NCBI RefSeq assembly: GCF_006345805.1
Contig: NC_043005.1
Span: forward strand, 81,840,001-81,904,000
DNA length: 64,000 nt
Direction of reading: 5' to 3'
Source: Octopus sinensis
Taxonomy: Eukaryota
Shown: piece after piece, positions 12,656-27,150 of the stretch
Layout: each line of letters begins with the position of its first letter
Numbering within the stretch: the first letter of the stretch is position 1
Made by a program: the position numbers and the translations under genes
Notes under the pieces: generated by a model
What the model was told of the DNA's origin: nothing
The model's database searches: none
The model's input: the letters and a program-made list of their open reading frames with translations, nothing else

Positions 12656-12875
12656 TAAGCCATTTAATAACACACAACAAAAACCATTAGATTCACTTCA
12701 ACATTTAAATTTAATTTGTGTCAAAATATTTTCGTCGCTTTCAAATCGCGACCTAGCACGAAGTTTTGTCAGAGAACAGGTCGTGGTTTCAAAGCAAGGA
12801 AAATATTTTGACACAAATTAAATTTAAATGTTGAAGTGAATCTAACGGTTTTTTTTTGTGTTCTTAAAGGGCTTA
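12656..12875. mobile_element. Palindromic (foldback) MITE-like element
   Basis: ~98-bp inverted arms (12656-12754 and 12778-12875) containing the near-perfect TTAGATTCACTTCAACATTTAAATTTAATTTGTGTCAAAATATTTTC and its complement; TA ends. Confidence 0.8.
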
Positions 12876-13309
12876 AAAACATCTTCCAAGCTGCAATTGT
12901 TTTTGTAAAACTAATACAAGTTTCATAACTTAATGCGCCTATTCTTAAGAAATATGAATGAAGAAAAACTTAAATGCCTAAATCCATTTAAAGGGTGGGT
13001 GGAATGTGCATCGTACATAGAGCTTTACGATACAGAATATTATCTTTAGGATTAATATCTTCAGCATTTGGAAAATAACATCCACAAAAAAATTCCTGAT
13101 CAAAGAGTTGCTTTTGTTGATTTTTAGTACCAAAAACGTAACGGAGCAGATCTAAGGTGAAAAGAAAAAACCTTCCCGCATTGGCCATATAGACTTTTTA
13201 TTAAGAATTATGTATTGTATGCTACGTCACTGAATACAGTCTTCGATAACATGTTTAATATCATATATATAAGAGCAATATGATTGCTATTTTTCTTTCT
13301 ATATAAAAA

Positions 13310-13503
13310 TGAGGAGGTAGAATCGTTAGGACGCCGACGAAAATTTCGTCTGTCTTCACATACTGAGTTCAAATTCCACCGAGGTCGGCTTTGCTTTCAT
13401 CATTTCAGGGTCGATAAGATTAGTACCAGTTTAGTACTGGAGTCAATGTAATCAACTTATCCTCTCCTACAAAACAGCTGCCTTGTAACAAATTTTGAAA
13501 TCA
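13310..13503 (+). mobile_element. SINE family A
   Basis: GAGTTCAAATTCCACCGAGGTCG body and tail. Confidence 0.75.
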
Positions 13504-14689
13504 ATATGTCAAAATAAGTCAAACGTATTAATCACTACACTTGTAAAATCGCATAATTTATCAACTGTTAATGTCGGAGATTTTATTTTATTTTGTTCAT
13601 ATTCTCCGTTACTTGTTATTTTATTGTTTCAGTTGTTCTTACTGTTTATTCTTCCCACCTTCTGTAGCATTCTGATCGTTAATCGTTTGCACAATGTCAT
13701 ATTGACACCGGATATTGACACGGTGATTAGTGAAAGAAAACAATTAATTTAATCGTATGTAAATTATGAAATATAATAATAATGACGAATATTATTATTA
13801 TTAATTCCAAAAATCTTGATAATGTTAGATATAAATGGATCAAATGTTATGAAAGGTTAATAATCCTAAAAAAATAATTTGCTAAAATATTGGCAATAAA
13901 AGATTGAATATTTTTAATAAAGGTAATATCTATTAAGATAGACATTAATACAACCAAACATGCTTGCATATTTATACACACACAAAGGAAGACACACAGA
14001 CACAAACGAGTGTGTGTGTATATCTATATATGTTTTTATGGGTACAATATATATATATACACACATATGTATTAGTGTATAGATATATATATATATATAC
14101 ATATATACATATATATATATATTATATATATATAATTAAATGGCAATTAGTTACCACATAATAATGAGATAATTAATATCAAAATAGTCCAGGATGAAAT
14201 AATCATTTAGATAAGGGGGAGAGAGAGAAAGAAAGAGCTTATATTTATATATGTATTTTCATATACATTTGTACTCACTTATATACAGAGACAACTGCGC
14301 GCATAAACACTGACAGGAACTTATACACACACACAGATGCACACATATACATATTCGTAAATATCGATGGAAATGAACAATCTATTTTTAATTAACTGAA
14401 TCGGGGAAAGAGGAGGAAGAAAAACAAAAACAAGAACCAATTAAATAATGTAAAAAAATAAAATAAAATAAAATATTATATAGTAATTATGGAAATCATT
14501 AGAAATAAATTTGGCGAGTAATGATACCGATTGCCATTTATGTCAATTGGTAAAAATGTTTCAGAAAATAACTGCAAATCAATAGAATGTTTTTTCATTT
14601 GTCACAAACGAAAGTGTTCATTAAGAAACGTTTCATTTTTAATATAAGTTATTTCTAATACATACACATTCATAAAGAGTTATATACAC

Positions 14690-14796
14690 GCAAACATGTA
14701 CTTACATATATACATACATACATACAAGAATCATAGTGCATACATGGATATATATATATATATATATATATGTATGTTATATATATATGTATGTAT

Positions 14797-14847
<51 letters not shown>

Positions 14848-15217
14848 GTATGTATATATATATATGTATGTATACATATATGTATGTATACGTATATATG
14901 TATTATACACAAATATATATATATATATACATACATATATATATACATACATATATATATACATACATATATATATATACATATATATATATATACATTC
15001 ATATATATAATAAAAATATATATATACATATATATATATATACATTCATATATATGTGAGTATATATATACATATATATATACATATACATACATATATA
15101 TATACAGACATATATATATAGATAAATAGATAGACAGATAGAGATAGATAGGTAGATAGATAGATGCATACACACACATATATATGAACATATATATGAG
15201 AGATGTAAATACATATC

Positions 15218-15265
<48 letters not shown>

Positions 15266-15312
15266 CATACATACATACATACACACACACACATTTGCGA
15301 GTGTGTGTGTGT
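14690..15312. repeat. (TA)n/(TACA)n/(TAGA)n compound microsatellite
   Basis: Direct inspection. Confidence 0.95.
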
Positions 15313-15369
15313 ACTCACATACTCATAAGTAAATACAGTGAGCTTCTTTAACTTTTCATCTACCACGTA

Positions 15370-15499
15370 CAAGGCTTTTGTCAGTTCGAGGGCATTAATT
15401 GAATACACTTCTCCACATTGCCACATAGAGAGGTAGAACCAGGGAAGATGTGGCTTGGAGAAAAAGCTTTCTTCCTACGAAGCAAGGCTTGCACCCATG

Positions 15500-15537
<38 letters not shown>

Positions 15538-15750
15538 TGTATACATACACTCATACTCACACATACACACAAACACACATATATATTTCAGATACAGTTT
15601 CGACCAAATTGTCCCCGTAACCTAGCGGTTCCTGTAACACCCGATAGAAAATATACCGGTCTTAGAATGGAATAAGCACTGGGATTGATTCATTCGAGTA
15701 AAAATCCTTCAAAGCGGTGCCCCAATATAGCTATTGTCTAATGAATTACT
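15370..15750. mobile_element. SINE family B fragments in both orientations around a microsatellite
   Basis: CAAGGCTTT head piece on the minus strand; CCCCGTAAC.TAGCGGTTC..GGGATTGAT tail piece on the plus strand. Confidence 0.5.
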
Positions 15751-16439
15751 AATAATATCGATTCTAATTATCCAAACACTAGTCTACGACTAATATTGGG
15801 ACCCGGCTTTTAAACCGGTAAAAACATAAACATACATACTTAAGCACACGGCATATTTACATACCAACATTCAGGCTGACTTTTCCATATACAATACTAT
15901 TCATTCCTAACACGCAAACGTATGTTGTTAAATCAGAATTTGTTGTAGATAACAATTGAACTAGGTACTATACAAAGAATATGTGTTAGTAACCACGTGG
16001 TTGCGAATGAGCTTCATCATAACACACACATTCATGTACAACGTACACAAGCATACATTTACCTAAAAATAAATATTAGTTTTCTTTGTTACAAATCTAT
16101 GTTTAGTGATGTTAGTTATTGCAGTATTACGATGATTGTGCAAGTTTCATATTTACTCTAGAATTTAATTCGATCAGCTGCTTATTTTGTCGGACAGTGT
16201 CTGCCGGAACAATAAGTTACGCAACATAACGGGACAAAGGGAAAAGTCAATGCTAGAAATGTAACACTTGTGAATATAAATATAAAGGGAAATACACTCG
16301 CGCGCACACGCATACACACGCACACACTTGATTCTACTATATAATGTAATGTACAAATTATATCGGTAACATTTGTCGACATGCTATGCGATAATACCTA
16401 CTTATCTTTTTACCTACGTACCCTACCTAAAATACCTAT

Positions 16440-16661
16440 CTATTATATATTATAATATAGATATATTATATAATATATATATATATATTATTATATATAT
16501 ATAATATTACATATATATATATATATAGATATTATATATAATATTATATAATATACATATATATATATATATATATATAATATACATAATTATTAATATA
16601 TATATATATATATCTATCATATATAATATACATATATATATATATATATATTATAATATAC

Positions 16662-16700
<39 letters not shown>

Positions 16701-17002
16701 GACTATATATATATATATATATATATTATAATATAATATATATATATAGTATTCATATATATATAATATACATATATTATATATATATAGATATATATAT
16801 ATAATATACATATATTATATATATATATATATATATATAATATACATATATTATATATATATATATATATATAATATACATATATTATATATATATGATA
16901 TATATATTAATATACATATATTATATATATATATATATATATCTATAATATTACATATATATATATAGATAAAGTATATATATAATATAATATACATAAA
17001 TT

Positions 17003-17033
<31 letters not shown>

Positions 17034-17072
17034 CATAATTATATATATAGATAAATATATATATTAATATAC

Positions 17073-17110
<38 letters not shown>

Positions 17111-17662
17111 ACAATATTATATATATATATATATTATATACATATATTATATTATAATATATATATATATATTAATATACATATTATTATATAATATAAT
17201 ATCTATATATATATACATATATTATATATATATATATTATTTATAATATATTATATTTTATACATATATTATATATAGATAATATATAGATAGATAATAT
17301 ACATATATTATTATATAATATATATATAATATACATATATTATATATATATATATATATATATAATATAAATATTATTATATTATATATATATATATATA
17401 TTAATATACATTATATTATATTATATATATATAATAATATACATATATTATATATATATATATATATATAATATACATATTATATATATATATATAATAT
17501 ACATATATTATATATATATATATATATATATAATATACTATATTATATATATATATTATATTATAATATAGATATATAATAATTATACATATATTATATA
17601 TATATATATATATATAATATACATATATATATATTATATATATATATAATATTACATTATAT

Positions 17663-17697
<35 letters not shown>

Positions 17698-17816
17698 ATA
17701 TAATATACATATATTAAATATATATATATATAATATAATATACATATATTATATATATATATATAATATTATAATATACGATATATATATTAATAGATAT
17801 AAGATATATAATATAC

Positions 17817-17855
<39 letters not shown>

Positions 17856-17935
17856 CATATATATATTATATATATATATATATTATATATATAATATATA
17901 TTATAATATATATATACATTAATACATACATGCAT
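16440..17935. repeat. ~1.5-kb almost pure A/T tandem array
   Basis: Recurring (TA)n-ATATACATATATT units. Confidence 0.95.
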
Positions 17936-18005
17936 ACACACAAAAAATTCTGCAGTTTGTATGCAATAAAACTTTTCATTAATGATAAATACACACACGC
18001 ACACA

Positions 18006-18037
<32 letters not shown>

Positions 18038-18885
18038 ATATATATACATGGAAACGTTTGTAACAAAAACACAGCCATGATTAAATACAAGAATATAATA
18101 AAATATTATTATTATTTTTCATAACAATAGATAAGCTGAGCAATGTAATAAATGAATTATACAAACAGAACTATTATAGAAATATCTATATGGTTATCTT
18201 TTACCAGTGTATATAAACAAAAACAAATCCACGAATAATCGGTCTCATGGGCTTATAGCCTGATCAGACGGTGCCTACCTGCATACTGTATCCGGATGGT
18301 TAGAAATTATCTTACTGTAGAATATGTAGATAATGATTTCCGATAAAGCGTTGGTACTGTTTTGAACTGATATCTATTTATTCTCTTAAGTTTTTTTCCG
18401 GCATATATTTCGTATTTTATAATTTTATTATTATCCTCAAATGAAGCTTAAAATATTTGTAGAGCAAGCTTACATGGAGGTGAATAAATTGTTTAACACA
18501 CTGCTAAACAACAGTGTATTTATATATAATGGAGAATATAGCGTTAAAATAGTGAATGAATATTCCATAAGCCTCCTTTCCTGGTACTGGATATAAGAGC
18601 TTTTAAAATAACATAAAAGAAAAAAAAATATAAGGCAAAGTGGTGTTTTATTCCCTGGTGCCGACTCGATAGCCAATAACGATGATTGTATTTTTCCAGC
18701 TTGTAACTTGTAGAAAAGAAAGAATAAAGCAAAGAAGAAATAATAAAAATGAAAATAAAATAAAATAAAAACGGTGAAATAAAAATCACACAAATGAAAA
18801 ATCAACGGAAAGAAAATTATAAAAACTAATTCAACAAGAAATAAAAGTTTTAAGTAACTGGGCGTGGTTATTATATCCGACGTTA

Positions 18886-18985
18886 NNNNNNNNNNNNNNN
18901 NNNNNNNNNNNNNNNNNNNNNNNNNNNNNNNNNNNNNNNNNNNNNNNNNNNNNNNNNNNNNNNNNNNNNNNNNNNNNNNNNNNNN
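18886..18985. other. Assembly gap (100 N)
   Basis: Run of 100 N, probably a placeholder of unknown length. Confidence 1.
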
Positions 18986-19673
18986 GGATAACTCTGTGGA
19001 GGGACAGTGTATGATGCAAGATATTCTGGGTTATGATCTCACATTTCTCTTGTGCAGCCTTCTATGACATTGAAGTTCTGATTTAAAGAGAACTTATACA
19101 CTGTCGTAATTTCAGCGATATCTGAGTCATTTTCCGTGACAATTAATGTTATAGTTACGTAAGAAATAAATAGTGTCCAACTTAACGTTAAATGCTCCGA
19201 TATATCTTCAATTATGGTGAATATAGCTATAAAAATGTTTCCTCGAATGTAAACTTCTTGCTTTCACGCCATTAAATGTTATGTGCGGATCAAACTCTTC
19301 GCCATTAAGGCCATTATAAATGATAGCGTTTCTTTCGCATCAAATTTCATCACTTCAGTCTTCTGTGATGTTAAATTATATCAGCCCGTTTGTCTCTCCT
19401 CCTTTCTTTACGAGTGTTATGTATCTACATATTCACAGGATACGAACATACGCACCCATATATGTATATACGCACACATGGGTCTGTGTATATTATACTT
19501 GTGTGTGTATTTGTTTTGTTTATAGCATGTGTATGGACGTTTATATATACTTATTTGTGTATATAATGGTTCAGACAGATTAAAGTTCATCCTTACATAT
19601 GCATATGTATGTATGTATGTATGCATGCATATATAATCACACATACGCGCACGCACACACTAACCTACATATA

Positions 19674-19709
<36 letters not shown>

Positions 19710-20810
19710 CATATATATATGTGCATGTAAAAGAAAATCTAATCTGTCAAGATCATTACATTTAATTCTTAGACGGCCATCTTCACTACCAATATTTTAC
19801 AAATCACCGTTAACAAATTATTTTGAGTTACGAAAGCCAACTAACCATATATGTCTCACTTAATCTTGCTCCTTACTTGTCTCAAACTCATCTCAAACTT
19901 TTGTCTTCATATCGAAAATGATTAAATTTTAAGTGTCCACCAATGAGAACAGGGCTCTTTCGATTCCTGTAATTAACACTTGGCTATATATTCTCAAAGT
20001 TTTTTCTACTTTAAATTCAATATTAAGAAATGAAGAAAAGATTTTTTGTGTCGTCCTAACAAACAATGTGGCCAAGTGTATTCAGCAATATATATATATA
20101 TAATTGCATCATATATCATGCAAATTCACTAATTCAGTTACGCTGTGTTTGATTAAATTATTAATTTCTAGCATTCGGTTGCGATTATTCTTGTTATATA
20201 ATCTATCAAACAACATATGCGCTTGGTAGGCTTTTCATCAACCTTGTAGAGATAACAGGAAAACTGAAAGCAGGAGTGTTACAGCATCTGCTGTTGAAAG
20301 ACGAAACTAAATACAAACATATTTAATCACCTGCTTCTACCGTTTCTATTACAACTAGCGTTAACAAATATTTACAATAAAAAACAGATATTCCAACAGA
20401 TATTTTAAATATATAAAGTAGGTTAAAGTCATGGCTGAAAGAGTTGGCAATGAAATGGCAGATACTTATGGCCCGTAACGATGTATATAAACAAATGTTT
20501 ACTGTCATTATGATTTCCAGTATAACATATGGAGTGGAGCATTGTGTAATTTATTTAACCGTCGGCAATAACAGAACTAGATGTAATATTACTAGATTTC
20601 ATTAGTTTTCCTTATTATTTATTCTATAATTCTGGCTTTGAATTTAATATTGAAACGAATGTAAAATTTAGAAAAAGAAATGGCTAATATGCAGTAAAGT
20701 TTGCATTTGCAAAACCAGCTTTTTTTTCATCTCACTTATATCAATGATATAATTCTACGTACATGAATCACAAAAGTATCATCATTTTAGCCTGAGGTCC
20801 AAAAGTATTG

Positions 20811-20871
<61 letters not shown>

Positions 20872-21571
20872 ATATGTATGTATGTATATGTATATATATA
20901 TAATATATAATATATATATATATATATATTTATATATGTATATGTTTGTATATATGTATATGTATATACACATATACATACATTTATATATATATATAAA
21001 TCCTATTACTCTTCAAAATGCAATTCAATCAACAGGCTAGATAATAAATTGGAATATTCACATGACATAACATACATAAGGCTATGTAGAATATTGTGAA
21101 CTGTTTCATATTCTCTTTCTATCATTGTGGAAGTGATAGCAGAACGCCTGTCACATCAACAAGAGATGTGGGTTCGATTTCCAAGGGTATCCCTTGTCTC
21201 TTTTTATCCCAAAGTATTTTTCAGCGTAGTATTTATATGCTACTAATATGATCTATATATTAAGGCGGTGAGCCGGGAGAATCGCTAGAACACCGGGAAA
21301 AAGATATGTGTATGGTGAGTGAGGGTGTTTGCATGTAGATATACATAATTACTCCCTCTGGCATAGTATGCTATACAAGTGTTGTTACCCATATTCTAGA
21401 GTAGACCCAACATCGTAAATGAATTGTTCATAAAGAAAACTCTATGGGAAATCTTTCTCAACTGAAAATAAATCTTTGGAAAAAACAGAATTGTGAGAGT
21501 TCTGATATTTCTGTTATTGTTAGTGCATAATATTTTTTATAATTATGTGTGTCCTGCCACGATTATGTGTG

Positions 21572-21573
<2 letters not shown>

Positions 21574-21654
<81 letters not shown>
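21574..21654. repeat. (GA)n microsatellite
   Basis: Direct repeat. Confidence 0.95.
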
Positions 21655-21657
<3 letters not shown>

Positions 21658-22002
21658 GAAATCTGCAAATCTATATCTTAATGAGAATAATCATGTTTTA
21701 TATTATTTGGGGTTTATAACCACGTTGTGTAGGCGTAGAAATAATTTAGGACGTTAATTTATTGTCCTTCATTAACAGATTTTATATGAATCCGTGGTTT
21801 AGAAATGAAGGAGTTTGGTGGTTTTGTATCATGCAATATTTTATGGGACATCGGCTAACTTTAACGTCTATATGTGTAAAAGCTAAACCGTAAAAAATAT
21901 TTACTAGGAACGTTTTCGTTAGATACTCGGAGATTAAAAATATCTTAAATTACTAATTCCTTTTTTTATTGGTCTCTGAGTGTTTACAATGCTTAACCAT
22001 AT

Positions 22003-22178
22003 TCTTTTATTCTTTTACTCTTTTACTTGTTTCAGTCATTTGAATGCGGCCATGCTGGAGCACCGCCTTTAGTCGAATCAACTCGACCCCAGATCACTTT
22101 TGACGAACCGCTAAGTTACGGGGACCTAAACACACCAGCATCGGTTGTCAAGCGATGTTGGGGGGACAAACACAACAT

Positions 22179-22238
<60 letters not shown>

Positions 22239-22390
22239 GACGGGCCTCTTTCAGTTTCCACCTAACAAATCGACTCACAAGGCTTCGTCGGTCCGGAGCT
22301 ATAGCAGAGGACAGTTGCACAGGGTGTCACACAGTGAGACTGAACCCGGAACTACATGGTTGGTAAGCAAAATACTTACCACACAGTCAC
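22003..22390 (-). mobile_element. SINE family B, near full length, with internal (TA)/(TG) microsatellite
   Basis: Head GTGGTAAGTA..CATGTAGTTCCGGGTTCAGTC, tail GGTGCTCCAGCATGGCCGCA..ACTGAAACAAGTAAAAGAG. Confidence 0.85.
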
Positions 22391-23091
22391 TCCTGCGCAT
22401 CTACGAGCTAAGTTTTGTAAAGATTCGACTTGAGTTAATGATCTCTAACAAAATGTTCCTTTTAAAATCATCGAAAATTTCTCCACAAATACATACAAAT
22501 AAACAAAACAAAAACACAACAAATACACAACACATAAACACACACATATTTGGACGTGCACAGTTACATGCACACATGCAAATACATACATATATAATTA
22601 TATAGGCAAATATATTTATACGTATGCACACAAGTTTATTTATGTGTAACGGCATCTATATTGCTAGGCATGTATATAAAAGTACGTAAATACATGTACT
22701 CTATGTAAGTACGTAACCGCTGTACATATATATATACACATATATACATACAGGCATCAATTGGGATTTAAACGCTAGGTTGGTTTGTATAGTGTTTCCA
22801 TAGGGATAATAGTTATGTGCACAATATTCATTCTGCATGTTACATCCCCTTTCTTTATTAGTTTTTCATGGCATGTTATATTCAATGGAATATACCAGAA
22901 TGAAACGTAATGATTAATTATTCACCTTATTTATTTTGGACCCGATTTATTTTTCTACGTTAACTGCGTATTTTCTCTTTAAAATGTACACGCTGAGAAC
23001 AACATTCATATCTATTCACTAGTAAAGAATGGATAACATTCCATATTTAGTTTAATGAGAATCATTAAAACTAGAATATTTCACCGAAAAT

Positions 23092-23216
23092 TATATATAT
23101 ATATAATATATATATATACATACATATATCTAATAACATGTATATATATATATATATATTATATATATATATATTATATATATATATAATATATATACAT
23201 ACATATATCTAATAAC

Positions 23217-23250
<34 letters not shown>

Positions 23251-23383
23251 GTACATATATACATATATATATACATACATATATACATATATATACATAC
23301 ATATATACATATATATACATACATATATACATATATATACATACATATATATATATATTTAATAACATGTATATATATATACG

Positions 23384-23465
<82 letters not shown>

Positions 23466-23497
23466 TTAATAACGTATTTATATATATATATATATAT
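23092..23497. repeat. TA-rich minisatellite with a recurring TAATAACATGTATA anchor
   Basis: Anchor seen three times plus one variant, separated by (TA)/(TACA) runs. Confidence 0.85.
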
Positions 23498-24115
23498 TTC
23501 CTTATTTGGGTATAATTCAAATTTGCTTAGGATATAATTGAATCTCTAGTTATTCAATGAAAAGAATATGTAAGATTCTACATAAGGCCTTTGCAATTAT
23601 TCTTATAGTTTATTTTAGGCTCTTGTAATTGCCGTATAATCATCGGCAATTAATCACCAATATTGAAAAAATCAACCATTCGCTTAATTGAACACAGATC
23701 TCTTGGTTCTCCTAAAAAAATTTCTATGCATATTCTTGATCCTATGCCTGTGTACAGACATGTGTTGCATGGGAAATATATTACTCTACCGAGTAAAGGA
23801 ATAGGGATTGCAATTTAATAACGTTTATGAGGAAGGCTGCTACTTCTCCTAAAGAGAGGAAATAAAGTAAGACTTTGACTTTAGAAAGAATAAGTGAAGT
23901 AGAGAAACAAACAGATATGGAGAGAGAGAATGAAAAACGAAGTTCATAATTAGATGTGAAAGAATATTTGGTTTTGTTCTGGATGATCAGAATAGATTCA
24001 ACCATTAGATATGAAATATATTAATAAAAATTGCTTGATTTGAAACGATGGATACTGCGCGACGTCTTTATCCTTTCATCATAAATTTGATTGCTAAAAC
24101 ACGTCATAAGGTAGA

Positions 24116-24177
24116 CAATAGCAACATATTTCGGTTTGTAAACACACAGGCAATAACAACATATTTCGGTTTATAAA
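24116..24177. repeat. 35-bp-period tandem duplication
   Basis: CAATA(G/A)CAACATATTTCGGTTT(G/A)TAAA at 24116 and 24151. Confidence 0.85.
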
Positions 24178-25133
24178 ATTTAATCATTTGCAGCGGTCGT
24201 GTGTATGTTATTAGCTGCCGAGCTGATTTGGGAAGATCTTTTGGTAGTATCTGAAAATCTCCTGTAATTATAGTTGACGCGAGAAGTTATCTTGCTTTAA
24301 ATACTCTACATGAAAGCAATGTATTCTTTTGGAACTTTTAAACTTAAAACGTTATATTATTTCAAAGATGTGAATGTAGAAGCATACATACAAATATACA
24401 TATGTATGTACAAATTTATTTCGTTAGCTGCCTCGTAGACATCAGGAGATTCTCTGAAAAAACGCGAGAATCAGTGTTATAAATATAACTACAGACGACA
24501 TAGCACCGCGACCCATGTAACCTTCGTGCAAACAAAAGATTGAACTGGAAGCTTTAAAACTGAAAGATCCTCAATTGAAATACAGGAAACAAAAGTGGCT
24601 GCAAAAGCACTCATGCGCATACATAAGATATGGTTATATCATAATAGAAAAGACACTGACTATTTGAGCATCTGACTATTTCTAAAGAAATATAGAAATT
24701 ATTATAGAACACAAGATAAGTAGGCTATAGCTTATACGATACAAAATATACATATAAAATTAGGGCAAACATTTCTTCTAAAATTATGTTGGGAATAAGA
24801 ATATCTGTATTTGCCAATGATTGTGTGTTCAAGTGTCTGTGTTCGAACGTCTGTGTTCGAGTGTGTTTAAAAGTTTATCTTATCGATGTATGTGTTTGTT
24901 ATGAATACAATTCAGGGAAATGTGAACTTGAAAATTATAATCAACGTGATAATCGAAGCATGTTTTAAATCGATCTAATGTACTAAATTATGAACTACAT
25001 AAAGAGAATGAAGAACATCTGTAAGAAGAACAAGATTATCTACAAGATCATCTATAAATTTAACAGCATAAGCTTTATGATTTTAAGTATTGGAGGAAAG
25101 TGTTCGTAATTCAGAAAAAAAAGTAACACTTAC

Positions 25134-25242
25134 CAACGTTCCTTTCAAAGAATCAGACTTATCCACACTTGGCATTGACATTAAACATCCTGGACACGAT
25201 TGTATGAAGCTCATCGTAAAGTTTGTGTTATTAAAAAGATTT
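25134..25242 (-). CDS. Candidate exon of an unknown gene (..MSFIQSCPGCLMSMPSVDKSDSLKGTL)
   Basis: Donor TTG|GTAAGT, acceptor TTTCTAAAG|, open frame; no recognisable homology. Confidence 0.25.
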
Positions 25243-26004
25243 CTTTAGAAACAGATTTTCAAGAACTATTCAATTATCCATTTAACATCAACACAAAGAA
25301 TACAAACAAAATTCAACATAATAGACTTGTGTTTCAGTAATGGGTTTGTTTCTGATGGGATTCGCAAATCAATTGTAACGTTCCTCTTCTTTTATCATCT
25401 GAACAGCTGCTGTGACAAGAAATATATTTTTATTGCTTTGTTGCTCGGTAGTACAATTTTCCCATGGGTTTTTGCAATACTTATAACGCACAGTTTATTT
25501 CCATTGGCACATTGATTTCATCTGTCAGCTGTCCCAATAAACACGGTATGCTGTAATATTTATCAACTAAGGTATATTTTAGTATTTAATTGATGTATTT
25601 ACATAACTACACAAATAAAAGCAATCTCCAGGATAGAAAGGGTTTAAAGAGCGCTTCTTATATACAGGAACATCAACAAGGTATATATTCTACGAGTTCC
25701 TCAAGGCTTTATATGTTACAGTTCGATTTTTCTTTATCAGTTATCGATTAGTCCACGAAAAACCATCAGTTCAATGCAACTGTTGTACTGAACGGCTGCC
25801 TATCTGTATATGGCGCAAATCATTTCCTCGTTACTGCATCGGAGGGAAAATATCAACAAAAATAAAACAATAACAACATATTTTATGTAATAAAATGGAA
25901 ACGCCCATCAAAAGAGCTATGTTCACTAGTAAATATCCTTATAAATTACCAAATCACCATTCGATATGTATATATATGCGTGTGCATGTGTGTTTGCATG
26001 TATG

Positions 26005-26042
<38 letters not shown>

Positions 26043-26127
26043 TATATACATACACATATATACATATACATATATACATACATATACATATATACATACA
26101 TACCGCTATATATGCATATATATATAC

Positions 26128-26184
<57 letters not shown>

Positions 26185-26881
26185 ATATATAAAGAATATC
26201 ACTTATTTCGCAGTAATTAAATATGTAAGGCTGTTTATCTCTGCATTATATGGCGTTCGATTAACAATTAATACCTCTTAGCAGAAGTAAAAAGCATTTT
26301 TGAAAAAAAATTCTTACAAAAGATAATTATTTGACATTTGAGAAGCGTTATAATATTTCAGCGGAGATGCCCACAGAGGACATTTTCTCTCATTATCACA
26401 AAAGAAATGTCTGTGAAGGGTACATATGTACACGTGCGCGTGTGTGTGTTAGTATGTGTGCATGTGTGCGTGTGTATGCGTGCTTGCGATTCTGTCTGGC
26501 TGTCTACCGCATTACTCATTTATTAATTTCCTTCATAAAGGATGCTCTTGCAGAGATGGTGGACCATTGGTTCGATTCCAAAATTTATAATGTAGTAGTG
26601 ACATACAAGTTCACGTGTTATCTTGACACTCGAAATATTGATGTACAATCTCCACGCACACACATACGTACACGTAAGCACCTATGAGTGTACGTGTGAA
26701 TACATACATATTTCAACATACATACATGCATAAATAAAATTCGCAGCGAGACACACACATATTATATATACGTGATAAAAGTGTGTATCTCTGTCTGTCC
26801 CACTCTCTCTGACACCCACACTTTCTCTATTTCTGCCCCTTCCTCTTTCTCTCTCTATGTATAGATTATACATATATACAT

Positions 26882-26934
<53 letters not shown>

Positions 26935-26937
<3 letters not shown>

Positions 26938-27150
26938 TTTTACTTTTTTCAGTCATTCCTTTGCAGCCATGCAGGGCGCAGCGCCTCGGAGTCTTTCAAT
27001 CGAATAAATCGACCCCAGTACTTGTGAAGTTTTAAGTCTAGTATTTATCCTATTGCTTACTTTTGTCGAAACGCTAAGTTACGGAGCATGTAAACACACC
27101 AACTCAAATTATGAAGTACTTTGTGAGTGACAAAATGACACAAACACACA
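26935..27150 (-). mobile_element. SINE family B, 3' half
   Basis: CAGTCATT..GCCATGC..ATCGACCCCAG..CGCTAAGTTACGG blocks. Confidence 0.7.

Noticed and set aside
20425-20605. Open frame SWLKELAMKWQ..SSITYGVEHC
   Set aside because: It only faintly resembles a LINE RT C-terminus and has no clear splice boundaries; too weak to call
26540-26680. Protein-like frame DALAEMVDHWFDSKIYNVVVTY.. after a good acceptor
   Set aside because: The only strong donor lies beyond a CA-repeat stretch, the segment contains a B-box-like GGTTCGATTCC suggesting a SINE relic, and no homology was recognised
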